Positions 7,935 to 17,172 of a stretch of 64,000 nt of DNA are shown here, one piece after another (the first letter of the stretch is position 1; every line of letters starts with the position of its first letter). The DNA is from Gemmatimonadaceae bacterium (GTDB lineage: Bacteria > Gemmatimonadota > Gemmatimonadetes > Gemmatimonadales > Gemmatimonadaceae). The notes beneath the pieces are model-generated. The model saw only the letters and a program-made list of their open reading frames with translations. It ran no database searches and was not told the origin of the DNA. The DNA is taken from contig JBBDYC010000014.1 in assembly GCA_040901985.1 (NCBI GenBank), forward strand, positions 3,769 to 67,768, read 5' to 3'. A program made the translations under genes and the position numbers.

Positions 7935-10586
7935 TCAATCCCGCCGCATCACCGCCGCCGCCGTCGCCCGCGGCTGGTCGAACCAGTTCAGCATGAAGTT
8001 CACCCTCCGCTCGGCATTCGCGCCGGCGTCGCGCACGAATACGAACCTCCGCCCGCTGCGATCCACGTCCCACCCCGCGTGGTTTCCCGCCCCGCCCAGT
8101 CGGTACGCGTCCCGGAACAGCGCCCGCGTCCGTCCCGCGCGCACCTCGCCTTCCACGATCGTGATCGGCGTCGCGAACACCGAGTCGCGCGCGCGGAACA
8201 GCAACTCGCGGCCCGCCGCGCCCCATCGCGGTTCGCGCCCGCCGCTGGCCGAGATCTGCACCCGCCCCCCCGGCCCGGGCAGCGCCCGCACGTAGATCTC
8301 GTCGGCGCCCGTCTCGTTCGACACATACGCCAGCCAGCGCCCGTCGGGCGAGGGGGCGATGCCACGCTCTTCGAACGGCGTCACCAGCACCGGCACCGCC
8401 TCGCGCGCACCCGTCGGCAGCCACCACACGTCGCGTCGCGTCGTCGGATCGGTCACGCGGAACACGACGCCGCGCCCGTCGGCGCTCGGCACGCCCTCCC
8501 ACTGATCGTTGGGGCCGATCACCACTGGCTCCTCGACGCCGCTCCCGTCGGACCGCGACCGCCACAGGTCGTAGTCGCCGCTGCGGCTCGTGGCGAAATG
8601 CACCCACTTGCCGTCCGGACTCCACTCCGGGTACACGCTCGCCGAGTCGTACGTGACGCGGCCGAGGGTGTTTTGCGCCAAGTCGAGCGACCAAACGTCG
8701 GGCCGCCCGCCGAGCAGCTCGCCGACGCCGACGGCGACGCGTAGACCGTCGGGCGAGAACCGCGGACTCTCATAGAGGTCCGGCGGCGTGCCGGTTGATC
8801 GCTCGCGGCCCGTCGCATCGACCAGAACCAGTTCGCGGCTCGCTGCAGCGCCGCCCAGCCACGCCAACATTCCGTTGCGGCTGGTGCCAAGCTTCATCGC
8901 GCCGCCAGCGCCAGAGCGCACGTTGGTCGTCACTGGGATCGCCGCGCCGAGTACCCGGACGCGTTCGGGATCGAACGGCGCGGCGAAGAGCACACCGTCG
9001 TTCGTGCCGTACACCAGCCAGCCGCGACCCACGTAACGCGGATACGTGCCGGTGATGCCGAGGTCGGTCACGCGGCGCGAACGCAGCGACATCGCCTGGA
9101 TGCGCGAAGGCCCCGCGCCGGCCGTCATGAACAGCACCGTCTCTCCGTCCGGCAGGATCTCCGGCCACCGGTGCGACGCCGTCGAGTCGCGCAGCAGCGT
9201 GTCCACCGTGCCGCCGTCCGCACCGGTGCGGAGCAGCATGCCGTTCGTCGCGACGATGATGTCGCCGCGCGCGCTCCACGCCCCGCCCTGGAATCCCCCG
9301 CTGACCGGCATCAGCGTGAAGACGGTGCCGCCGGCGATGGACACCCTGCGCAACGCGCCGTTCGACCAGTACGCCACCCACGCCCCGTCGGGGGAGAAGA
9401 AGGGCTGGATGGTGTTCTCGGTGTTGGCTAGGACCATGTCGTTCGTGCCGTCGAGCGAGCGCAGGTAGAGCCGAACCTGCGGGTCTGCAATGGTCTGGGC
9501 TGCGACGACCAGGCGCGACCCGTCGGGCGACAACGCCAGTGGCGACCCCCCGAGGTCGGTGATCGGCACCGTCAGTTCGAGAGCGAACCCGATGACCGGC
9601 GGCGGGGCCTCGAGCGGGCGGGTAGCGAACCACAACGCCGCGAGTGACGCCGCGGCGGCCACCCCCGCGAGGCCCACCGTGAGGGGATCCCACCGAGCTC
9701 GGCCGCGAGAACGAACGCCGGCTCCCGTTGCTGCGGTGAGGCCCGGCAACGTGTACGCCGGATTGCCCAACGCCGCCGCGAACTCCGCCGCCGATGCGAA
9801 CCGATCCGCCGGCAGCTTCTCCAGCGCGTGGCTCACCGCGTCCACCACGTGCGGCGGCACGGCCTTTCGCCACTCGCTCACCGGCTTCACCGGCTCGGCG
9901 ATGATCTTCATGATGATCTGCTGCGCCGACTTTCCCGTGTGCGGCGGCTCGCCGCTCAGCATTTCGTAGAGCACGCTGGCCAGCGAGTACACGTCGGAGC
10001 GCCCGGTGATCTCTTTCTCGGCCGTGGCCTGTTCCGGGCTCATATAGTGCGGCGTGCCGAGGCTCAGCCCTGTCTCTGTCATCCGGCCGCCGGCGGCGGC
10101 GCTCAGCGCCAGCGCGATCCCGAAGTCGGCGACCATCGGACGCCCATCGTGCAGCAGGATGTTCTCGGGCTTGATGTCGCGGTGGATCACGCCGTGGCGA
10201 TGCGCATAGTCGAGTGCGTCGGCCACCTCGCGGGTGATCCGCAGCGCCTCGTCCACGCCGAACTGGTGCTCGCGGTTGAGCTTGTCGCGGAGGGTTTCGC
10301 CTTCGATGAACGGCATCACATAGAAGAGGAAGCCGTCGGCGGTACCGCTGTCGAACAGCGGGAGGATGTGCGGATGCTGGAGCGCCGCGGTCGTCTTGAT
10401 CTCGACCACGAAGCGTTCGGCCCCGAGGACGGCGGCGAGCTCGGGCTTGAGCACCTTGAGCGCGACCTTGCGGTCGTGCTTGAGGTCCTGGGCGAGGTAG
10501 ACGGTAGCCATTCCGCCCTGGCCGAGTTCGCGGTCGATGCGATAGCGGCCGGCGAGGGCGGCGGTGAGGCGGTCGGGGAGGGGCAT
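7935..10586 (-). CDS. Ser/Thr protein kinase with TM helix and TolB-like (PD40) beta-propeller
   Basis: Complete Hanks motifs (HRDIKPEN, DFG, GTPHYMSPEQ); TM; repeated (W/F/L)SPDG motifs. Confidence 0.95.
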   Translation of the reverse strand: MPLPDRLTAALAGRYRIDRELGQGGMATVYLAQDLKHDRKVALKVLKPELAAVLGAERFVVEIKTTAALQHPHILPLFDSGTADGFLFYVMPFIEGETLRDKLNREHQFGVDEALRITREVADALDYAHRHGVIHRDIKPENILLHDGRPMVADFGIALALSAAAGGRMTETGLSLGTPHYMSPEQATAEKEITGRSDVYSLASVLYEMLSGEPPHTGKSAQQIIMKIIAEPVKPVSEWRKAVPPHVVDAVSHALEKLPADRFASAAEFAAALGNPAYTLPGLTAATGAGVRSRGRARWDPLTVGLAGVAAAASLAALWFATRPLEAPPPVIGFALELTVPITDLGGSPLALSPDGSRLVVAAQTIADPQVRLYLRSLDGTNDMVLANTENTIQPFFSPDGAWVAYWSNGALRRVSIAGGTVFTLMPVSGGFQGGAWSARGDIIVATNGMLLRTGADGGTVDTLLRDSTASHRWPEILPDGETVLFMTAGAGPSRIQAMSLRSRRVTDLGITGTYPRYVGRGWLVYGTNDGVLFAAPFDPERVRVLGAAIPVTTNVRSGAGGAMKLGTSRNGMLAWLGGAAASRELVLVDATGRERSTGTPPDLYESPRFSPDGLRVAVGVGELLGGRPDVWSLDLAQNTLGRVTYDSASVYPEWSPDGKWVHFATSRSGDYDLWRSRSDGSGVEEPVVIGPNDQWEGVPSADGRGVVFRVTDPTTRRDVWWLPTGAREAVPVLVTPFEERGIAPSPDGRWLAYVSNETGADEIYVRALPGPGGRVQISASGGREPRWGAAGRELLFRARDSVFATPITIVEGEVRAGRTRALFRDAYRLGGAGNHAGWDVDRSGRRFVFVRDAGANAERRVNFMLNWFDQPRATAAAVMRRD

Positions 10587-10731
10587 TGGGGCAGAAGATG
10601 CCCTACGGACGGGTGGGGCGCTACCGCTGGCCGCACGTAATGCCGGTCTTCGTCCACGCACCCGAGATTTGCCGACTGCTCGGGCCGGCGATGCGCTTGC
10701 GGCGGCGCGCAGCGGGAGTGACTTTCAGGAT

Positions 10732-12189
10732 ATGCCAGCCAAACGTCCTGCTTTCCTTCGTCCCGGACACGTTTGGCCGGTCGTGACCAGGCTGTCCTGC
10801 CTCCGTGCACTCGCCGCTGCGTTGCTGCTCCCTGCCGAGGCGGCTGCGCAGGAGACCGTCGCGATCACCGACGTCACGGTCATCTCAATGACTGACACGC
10901 TCGCGACGCCCGGCCGCACGGTGATTGTCGCCGACGGCCGCATCGCGCGCATCGGGCCGGCCGGCTCCACGGCCGTTCCACACGGCGCCCGCGTCGTGGA
11001 CGGACGCGGGAAATGGCTCATTCCGGGCCTGTTCGAGATGCACACCCACGCCTCGAAGTCCCGTGCATCTGCGCTGGGGCTCTTTGTGGCGCACGGTGTG
11101 ACCACGGTGCGTGACCAAGGCAGCGAGCACGCCGAGGTGCTGCGGTGGCGCGGCGAGATCCGTGCGGGAACGCGCGTGGGCCCGCGTCTCCTTCTCGCCG
11201 GGCCGTATCTCGAATCGCTGCGTAACATCGAGCGCATGCGGCGCGATCCGCCCGAGTCGCGAGTAGAGCCGTTCGAGCGTGCGCGCATCCCCGTTGGTAC
11301 GCCGACGGACGCCTACCGTATCGTGGACTCGCTCGCGGCGCTCGGAGTGGACCATCTCAAGGTCCGCACGGTCCAGGATCGGGCGACCTACCTGGCGCTT
11401 GGCGCCGCCGCCAACGCCCGCGGCATCAGACTGACGGGCCACGTGGTCACCAATTCGCCTGGCGACTTCCTCGCTGCAGGGCAGGATGGCGTGGACCACC
11501 CGTTCCTGTTGCCGCCGGACTCGCTGGCCGGCGAGCGCGGCACGGTGTTGTGGCGCGAGCTGGCCCGGCGCGACGTTGGCGTCGTGCCCACGCTTGTGGT
11601 GCTCCGCGAGTCGGTGCTCCGATCGCAGGCGTACTTCGACTCACTCGTCGCCGACTACCCGGACGACGCCGCGGCGGCCGTGGTCCATCCGTTGCGCCCA
11701 TATCTCTCGCGCTTTTCGGTCCTCGACTGGCGCGAGCAGGCCAGTGAGCAGACGCCGGATCGCCGCGCGGCGTTCGAGCGGTTTTGGCCCAGGGTGGTGG
11801 ACCAGCTGAAGCAGATGCGGGAGGCCGGCGTCCGCATCATGGCTGGCACCGATGTCGCCGTCATCAATATGTGGCCGGGCCTGTCGCTGCACGACGAGCT
11901 GCGCATCTTTGTGGATTCCATCGGGATGAGCCCGGTCGAAGCGCTGGCGAGCGCGACGCGGGTCCCCGCCGAATGGCTCGGCCTCGCCGATTCGCTTGGC
12001 ACGGTCACGGAAGGCAAGGTGGCCGACCTGGTGCTGCTGGATGCCAACCCACTCGTGGATATTTGTACTACGCGCCGGATTGCGGCCGTGGTGTTGCGCG
12101 GCCGTCTTCTGGACCGCGATGCGCTGGCGCGCCTCATGGCCGACATCCGGGCGATGCCTGACATCCGTGAGAACGACTGGCGGCGCTGA
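10732..12189 (+). CDS. Secreted amidohydrolase-family metalloenzyme
   Basis: 'VDGRGKWLIPGLFEMHTH', 'AGTD', 'GKVADLVLLDANPL'; signal peptide. Start may instead be the GTG at 10783. Confidence 0.9.
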   Translation: MPAKRPAFLRPGHVWPVVTRLSCLRALAAALLLPAEAAAQETVAITDVTVISMTDTLATPGRTVIVADGRIARIGPAGSTAVPHGARVVDGRGKWLIPGLFEMHTHASKSRASALGLFVAHGVTTVRDQGSEHAEVLRWRGEIRAGTRVGPRLLLAGPYLESLRNIERMRRDPPESRVEPFERARIPVGTPTDAYRIVDSLAALGVDHLKVRTVQDRATYLALGAAANARGIRLTGHVVTNSPGDFLAAGQDGVDHPFLLPPDSLAGERGTVLWRELARRDVGVVPTLVVLRESVLRSQAYFDSLVADYPDDAAAAVVHPLRPYLSRFSVLDWREQASEQTPDRRAAFERFWPRVVDQLKQMREAGVRIMAGTDVAVINMWPGLSLHDELRIFVDSIGMSPVEALASATRVPAEWLGLADSLGTVTEGKVADLVLLDANPLVDICTTRRIAAVVLRGRLLDRDALARLMADIRAMPDIRENDWRR

Positions 12190-12213
12190 CCGACGGCCCG
12201 TCGTGCGGGGACC

Positions 12214-12333
12214 TCAGGTCTTCATGATGCGCTTGCCGACCTTCCGGGACTTGACCGGGCCCTTGCCGCCCTTGGCCTTCGCTGCGCGCTTCTTCGCAGC
12301 GGTCATCCGACCGCCTCGGCTCTTCTTGGCCAT
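12214..12333 (-). CDS. 39-aa highly basic small protein (not in the ORF track)
   Basis: AGGAGG Shine-Dalgarno upstream of the ATG; MAKKSRGGRMTAAKKRAAKAKGGKGPVKSRKVGKRIMKT; every Lys codon is AAG, as expected of a high-GC genome. Confidence 0.75.
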   Translation of the reverse strand: MAKKSRGGRMTAAKKRAAKAKGGKGPVKSRKVGKRIMKT

Positions 12334-12553
12334 CTGAACCCTCCTGTGACTGGGTGAGTGTTGGTGGCGCTACGAATGCATTGTCGGTTGGCACCACGCT
12401 GCGCAATCCCTCGCGACGTCCGCGCGGCATTAGCTCTTTTGTGCGATGGGGGGAGATGGCCAGGCCGGCGTGCTCGCCCATTCGGGCGATGGCGGCTCAT
12501 CTTCCCCACGCGTCAGCTTACTGGGGTTAGGGCAATCCACCCCAGAGGTCACC

Positions 12554-13072
12554 GTGCAAGAGGATGAGTCCACGACCGCCGACGCCCGCGAAGCGGCGCG
12601 CTTGAGCGCGATGAAGGCAAAGGTCGGCAGCCACGTGAATGCCGAGATCGGGAGTCAGGCGTCGGTTGACGCCGCCGCTGGCCACGCGCGCCTCAACTCG
12701 GTGGCCGCCGGGATGCGCGAGCGGGCGATCGACGAGACGGAAGGCCGGGATCGCTCCCAGGGGCACGCGCGCACCGCGGCGCGCGGCTCGCAATTCCTGG
12801 ATTATGGGTTCTACCTGCTCTACACGCTCCTCGGCCTGCGGCTCGTGCTGGAGTTGATTGCCGCGCACTCCGGGAACGGGTTCGTGCGGTTCATCGGCGC
12901 CGTCACGAATCCCTTCTACGCCCCGTTCAAGGGGATCGTCGCCAGTCCGACGAGCGAGGCAGGGAATACCTTTGTGTTCCCGATTGTCATTGCGATCGTC
13001 GTGTACGCGTTGCTCCACCTGGCGATCAACGGCCTGCTGCGTATGGTCGGGAGTCGCAAGACGCAGATCTAG
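12554..13072 (+). CDS. YggT-family membrane protein with N-terminal extension
   Basis: 'LLGLRLVLEL..A..NGFVRFI..VTNPFYAPFKGI'; GAGG before the GTG. Confidence 0.75.
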   Translation: MQEDESTTADAREAARLSAMKAKVGSHVNAEIGSQASVDAAAGHARLNSVAAGMRERAIDETEGRDRSQGHARTAARGSQFLDYGFYLLYTLLGLRLVLELIAAHSGNGFVRFIGAVTNPFYAPFKGIVASPTSEAGNTFVFPIVIAIVVYALLHLAINGLLRMVGSRKTQI

Positions 13073-13158
13073 CGGTGCGGTCCCGTGGGACTATCGTCGC
13101 GGACTGGCCGCGCGGTCCGGGAAGTGCGATGTTCAACCCCCCTCTGCCGGAGTTGACA

Positions 13159-13554
13159 ATGTCCCGCCTGATGAAGCCGCTGGCGATCCTCACCCTGCTC
13201 CTTTTCACCGCCTGCGACGGCAGTACGGACCTTGCGTCCGTCTCCCTCACGGGCACGTGGACGGGCAAGTTCAGCAACGGCATCTCCATCTCGATGCCGC
13301 TCGTGCACACAGGCACCGACCTGGTCGGCACATTCGACACGGGGGACACGCAGGGCACCGTGAGTGGGACCTACGCCACGGGCACGCTGACACTGGTCCT
13401 CACCAAGACGAGCACCCTTGGAACGCAGCGGAATCTGACGAGCCCGGTCTTGAACGCCGAGCGCACGCGGATCACCGGGAGCTGGGACGACGGCGCTGGC
13501 GGACAGAGCGGTACCTTCTGCCTCGCCGCGCCAGACACGACGCCCTGTCCCTGA
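13159..13554 (+). CDS. Small beta-rich lipoprotein
   Basis: Lipobox 'LLFTA-C'; GGAG RBS; 'LTGTWTG' motif. Confidence 0.75.
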   Translation: MSRLMKPLAILTLLLFTACDGSTDLASVSLTGTWTGKFSNGISISMPLVHTGTDLVGTFDTGDTQGTVSGTYATGTLTLVLTKTSTLGTQRNLTSPVLNAERTRITGSWDDGAGGQSGTFCLAAPDTTPCP

Positions 13555-13631
13555 TCCGCGGCACGTCGCAGTACGTCAGCCGCTCCAGGGGCCCATCGTC
13601 TCGGTGCCGACGTCGGCCCCTCCGCCGCGGC

Positions 13632-14795
13632 TCAGCGGACGATGCCACCCCAACCTGGCAGTCCCTCCGCGCCGGGCAAGACCCGATCCACCTGAGCTGC
13701 CGTGAGATCAAAACTCGCCCCGATGACGCCCTTCAGCACGCTGCGCGTGTCCAGGGTCGGCGCGAGATCCCGACCCTCGTAGAGCGCGCGCGTCGAGAGC
13801 CCAGGCCAGTCAGACACCACCGCCGACCGCGCCACCTTCGGCCCGATCACGAATCCGGCGCCCGCGGTCCCGTGATCCGTCCCGCGCGTCCCGTTCGGGC
13901 TCGCCGTCCGACCGAACTCGGTCATCACCACCACCGTCGTCTCCGCCCAATCGTCCCCCATTGCCGTCCGGAAGGCGCCAAGACCACCAGCCAACTGACC
14001 GAGTAGCCGGTCGAGGGCGCCCCCGACGAGCCCTTGATTGGCGTGTGTGTCCCAGCCGCTGAACTCGACGGCCGCCACGTTCGGCCCGTTCGGAGCCCGC
14101 ATCAGCCGCGCCGCAGCCTCGAGCAGCGGCGTCACCGCTCCCCTGCCTGCCGCACCGCGCGCCATCGGCTCCTCGCCAACATCGGCTTGCTGTTGCACCG
14201 CCGCCTCCCACCGACCCGCGAGCGCTCGGTCCCGCCGGTAGAGCGTCGCCAGCCGCTCGAGATACGCGTCGTCCACCACACCGAGTTGCGCGGGCGACCA
14301 GGTGCGCACTTCGAATGGGCCGCTCATCGAACGCGGCATTCCTGAGGCGACCGCGAGCCCACTCCGCTCGCCCGGCATCACCTGCAACAGTCGGTTCAGC
14401 CATCCATCTGAACTTCCGATGGGACGGTCGAGTCCAGTTTCGAGCACGGCCTGACCGTCGAAGTGCGACCGCGTCCGGTAGGGAATCGCCATCGCCTGCA
14501 ACACCACCAGTTCATCGCGTTGCCAGAACTCGCCAAGGGAGGCGAGTCCGGGCGCGAGCCCGAACAGGTCGTTGAGCGGAGTAAGCTGACTCGCGTCGAA
14601 CGCCAACTCCCCGCGAAGCGCGCGGTACGCGGGATCGCCATACGGCACCACCGCGGCCAGTCCGTCGAACCCACCGCGGAGCAGCACGAAGACGAGCCGT
14701 CCACCCTGGCGGACCCGCGCAAACCGCACCACAGGCATCCCGAAAGTGGCCAGGCCGCCCGCACACATTGACCCGACGAAGTCACGACGGTCCAT
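13632..14795 (-). CDS. DUF1501-family Tat-exported protein
   Basis: 'MDRRDFV' Tat motif; 'LRGGFDGL', 'RSHFDGQ', 'GWDTH', 'TEFGRT..NG..GTDHG'. Confidence 0.92.
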   Translation of the reverse strand: MDRRDFVGSMCAGGLATFGMPVVRFARVRQGGRLVFVLLRGGFDGLAAVVPYGDPAYRALRGELAFDASQLTPLNDLFGLAPGLASLGEFWQRDELVVLQAMAIPYRTRSHFDGQAVLETGLDRPIGSSDGWLNRLLQVMPGERSGLAVASGMPRSMSGPFEVRTWSPAQLGVVDDAYLERLATLYRRDRALAGRWEAAVQQQADVGEEPMARGAAGRGAVTPLLEAAARLMRAPNGPNVAAVEFSGWDTHANQGLVGGALDRLLGQLAGGLGAFRTAMGDDWAETTVVVMTEFGRTASPNGTRGTDHGTAGAGFVIGPKVARSAVVSDWPGLSTRALYEGRDLAPTLDTRSVLKGVIGASFDLTAAQVDRVLPGAEGLPGWGGIVR

Positions 14796-14798
14796 TGG

Positions 14799-16181
14799 TC
14801 ACCTCCACTGAAATGCGGGCGACGCAAACGCGATGGCCGCCCGTTCGGCTGCCGGGATCTCGTCATCCGCGAGGAGCGCAGCGAGCGCGGCATCGTCGGG
14901 AACGACCGTCGCGAGCGCCCGAGGGGCGGCAGCGCTGATTCCCACTCCGCGCGCGGCCATCCCGCGCGCCGCACCGGGCGCTGCGTTTCCCGCCCGTCGC
15001 GCGATGGTGCGCGCCAGTTCCGCGCGGTTGAGGAGCGAGTCGGGGTCCGCCCATTCCCGCTGCAGGTCGCCGAACCCCTTGGGGGACTGTGGCGACCACA
15101 TCGGCTGCCGCAACTGCCGGAGGACGTTCAACAGATTCTCCCCGGCTTGACGCGCCCCGGCGGCACGCATCACCGCGACGAGCCAGTCCTGGGGCGCACG
15201 AAACTTCACATTGCGCTCATCCCAGCACTCGGGCAGCGCGACGAGTGCTCGCGCCAGCTCGCGCAGGTCGCCCCCGCTCTCGCGAAAGACCTGCTCCAGC
15301 CGCGCCACGGCACTCGCCGGCGGCGTATCGGCGACGAAGTGGGTCGCGAGCTTCGTGGCGATGTGTTTTGCGGTGGCGGGATGCCTGCAGAAGGCACGAA
15401 TCGCGCGCTCCCCCTCGCGCTCACCCTCGCCATAGCGCTCGCCGAGGATCGTCTTTCTCCCGGGCTCGTTGCGGATGGCGACGAACCGAAAGGCAGGGAC
15501 CCCCCTTGCCGCGATGCCATCGGTGGTCCAGCCCGTGAGCAGTCGCGCGAGCTCGGTGACGTCGGCTTGGGTATAGCCGCCTCCGACGCCGAGCGTGTGC
15601 AGCTCCAACAGCTCTCGCGCATAGTTCTCGTTGAGTCCGAGCTCACGCCTGCCGGACGCGCGCTGGGCCGCTTGCGACCGCGGACCCACGCTCTGCGCAT
15701 TGTCGAGGTACACGAGCATCGCGGGGTGGCGCGCGCTCGCGAGGACCATTGCCTCGAACGTCCCAAGTGCATTCGCGCGAATCACGTCGCGCTCATAGCT
15801 GCCCGCGAGCGGACCGACGAGCAACCGACTGCCGACCGAGACGCACAGATGGTCGCCCCAGAACGCAATCAGCCGCTCCGCGAATGGGCGCTCGCTGGTC
15901 GCGCGCATCTCGAGCGTGCTCGCGCTCTCCGCCACCGCGATGAGCACCAGACGTCGCCGCGCCGCGGCGCGCGCGGCGCGGTCCTCGGAGCGCTGCAGTC
16001 GGCGAAACGCGGAGAGCGAGGCTTCAATTTCGGCGCTGGCGGCCCCCGCAGGCACCGAGCGCGCCGGAGGCGCACCGGCCAGCTGCCCAAGCAGCCATCC
16101 GCGGGGGTCGCCAAGTCGGTCCGCCTCGCCTGGGCGTGCGCCAAGACCAAACCGATTGAGCGCGCGAAGTGAACTGCTCAT
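14799..16181 (-). CDS. DUF1800-family protein
   Basis: 'LNRFGLG', 'HPAMLVYLDN', 'NENYARELLELHTLGV'; usual partner of DUF1501. Confidence 0.92.
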   Translation of the reverse strand: MSSSLRALNRFGLGARPGEADRLGDPRGWLLGQLAGAPPARSVPAGAASAEIEASLSAFRRLQRSEDRAARAAARRRLVLIAVAESASTLEMRATSERPFAERLIAFWGDHLCVSVGSRLLVGPLAGSYERDVIRANALGTFEAMVLASARHPAMLVYLDNAQSVGPRSQAAQRASGRRELGLNENYARELLELHTLGVGGGYTQADVTELARLLTGWTTDGIAARGVPAFRFVAIRNEPGRKTILGERYGEGEREGERAIRAFCRHPATAKHIATKLATHFVADTPPASAVARLEQVFRESGGDLRELARALVALPECWDERNVKFRAPQDWLVAVMRAAGARQAGENLLNVLRQLRQPMWSPQSPKGFGDLQREWADPDSLLNRAELARTIARRAGNAAPGAARGMAARGVGISAAAPRALATVVPDDAALAALLADDEIPAAERAAIAFASPAFQWR

Positions 16182-16240
16182 GCCTGCCAGACGATCCAGG
16201 ATCGCAATTGTTAGTGTGCAGCGCGGCAGGGCCGGGCCGC

Positions 16241-16942
16241 TCACGAATGCCAGAGCGCCTGCAGGCCGAACGAAGCTCGTTTCCCGTAGGTCGCCGCGGG
16301 CGGGCGGTCCGTCACGTCAATGCAGTTCGGAGTCGCCCCGCACGCGCCGCCGCCCTGGTCCTCGCGATACCAGCGCAGCTCAGCCGTGAGGACGAAGTAG
16401 CACAGGAAGCCAAGCTTCGCGCCGACCGCCGTGTTGAAGCTGTAGTCGTACGAGTCGAGCGCCTCGTACTGATACGAGTCGTCGGTGAGATCGAACTCCT
16501 CGAACTCGCCCTGCGTGTACCAGCCGGGCGCGACGGTCAAGAACGGAACGAGCGCGACAGCGCCGGGAAGCGCGTAGCCGACCGTGAAATCGACCGAGTG
16601 GAAGGTGATCTGGCGCTCGGTGACGCGCCAATCGGTAAACAGTGCCGTCGCGCGATCGTATCCGACCTGCACGAGCCATTTATCGTCGCCCAGGAGCCAC
16701 GAGCCGCCGACGCCGAGTGCGATGCCGTCCGCCTCGCTTCGTACCGGCGGGCTGTCCACGCCCCCCGGATCGGTCGGGCGATAGCTCACCGGCACGTCGG
16801 AGAGCGTAGCGCGCTGGTACGAGAGGTAAATCCCCTTGTGAAAGACGGCACGTGCGACCGAAGCACGCTCCTGCGCCGTCGCCCTGCCGGCAGCCACGAC
16901 GTGCACAAGCAGTAGCAGCGCAATTGCGTTGCGTCGGGACAT
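16241..16942 (-). CDS. Outer-membrane beta-barrel-like exported protein
   Basis: Signal peptide; amphipathic beta strands; acidic loop; Cys pair. Confidence 0.65.
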   Translation of the reverse strand: MSRRNAIALLLLVHVVAAGRATAQERASVARAVFHKGIYLSYQRATLSDVPVSYRPTDPGGVDSPPVRSEADGIALGVGGSWLLGDDKWLVQVGYDRATALFTDWRVTERQITFHSVDFTVGYALPGAVALVPFLTVAPGWYTQGEFEEFDLTDDSYQYEALDSYDYSFNTAVGAKLGFLCYFVLTAELRWYREDQGGGACGATPNCIDVTDRPPAATYGKRASFGLQALWHS

Positions 16943-17172
16943 CCGTGCCTCGCAGTCAATGCAAAGTCGGGGGTGCGCCTACCTGCTGGCCGAGAACGAC
17001 ACCATCAGGCGGCCCTTCAGACGGCCGGTGTCCGGATCAGACGCGCGGAGCGAACCTGGCTGCACTCCCCTCGCCCGGCGGCCACTGCGGGGATTCAGCG
17101 GTTGGGGGTGCGCAGCGAAGAACACCGCCACGCACCCCCGAATCACAGGCCCAACGGCAACCGCTGTTCGCG

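Noticed and set aside
4291..10586. Diversity-generating retroelement or shufflon behind the repeated kinase 5' ends
   Set aside because: No reverse transcriptase or site-specific recombinase in the window, and the differences between copies are mostly synonymous rather than adenine-specific.
12386..12404. Sigma-54 promoter (ttggcaccacgctgc)
   Set aside because: GG-to-GC spacing is 9 or 11 nt, not the required 10.
17010..17045. TPP riboswitch-like 'ctgatccgg' on the minus strand
   Set aside because: The CUGAGA and other core TPP elements are missing.
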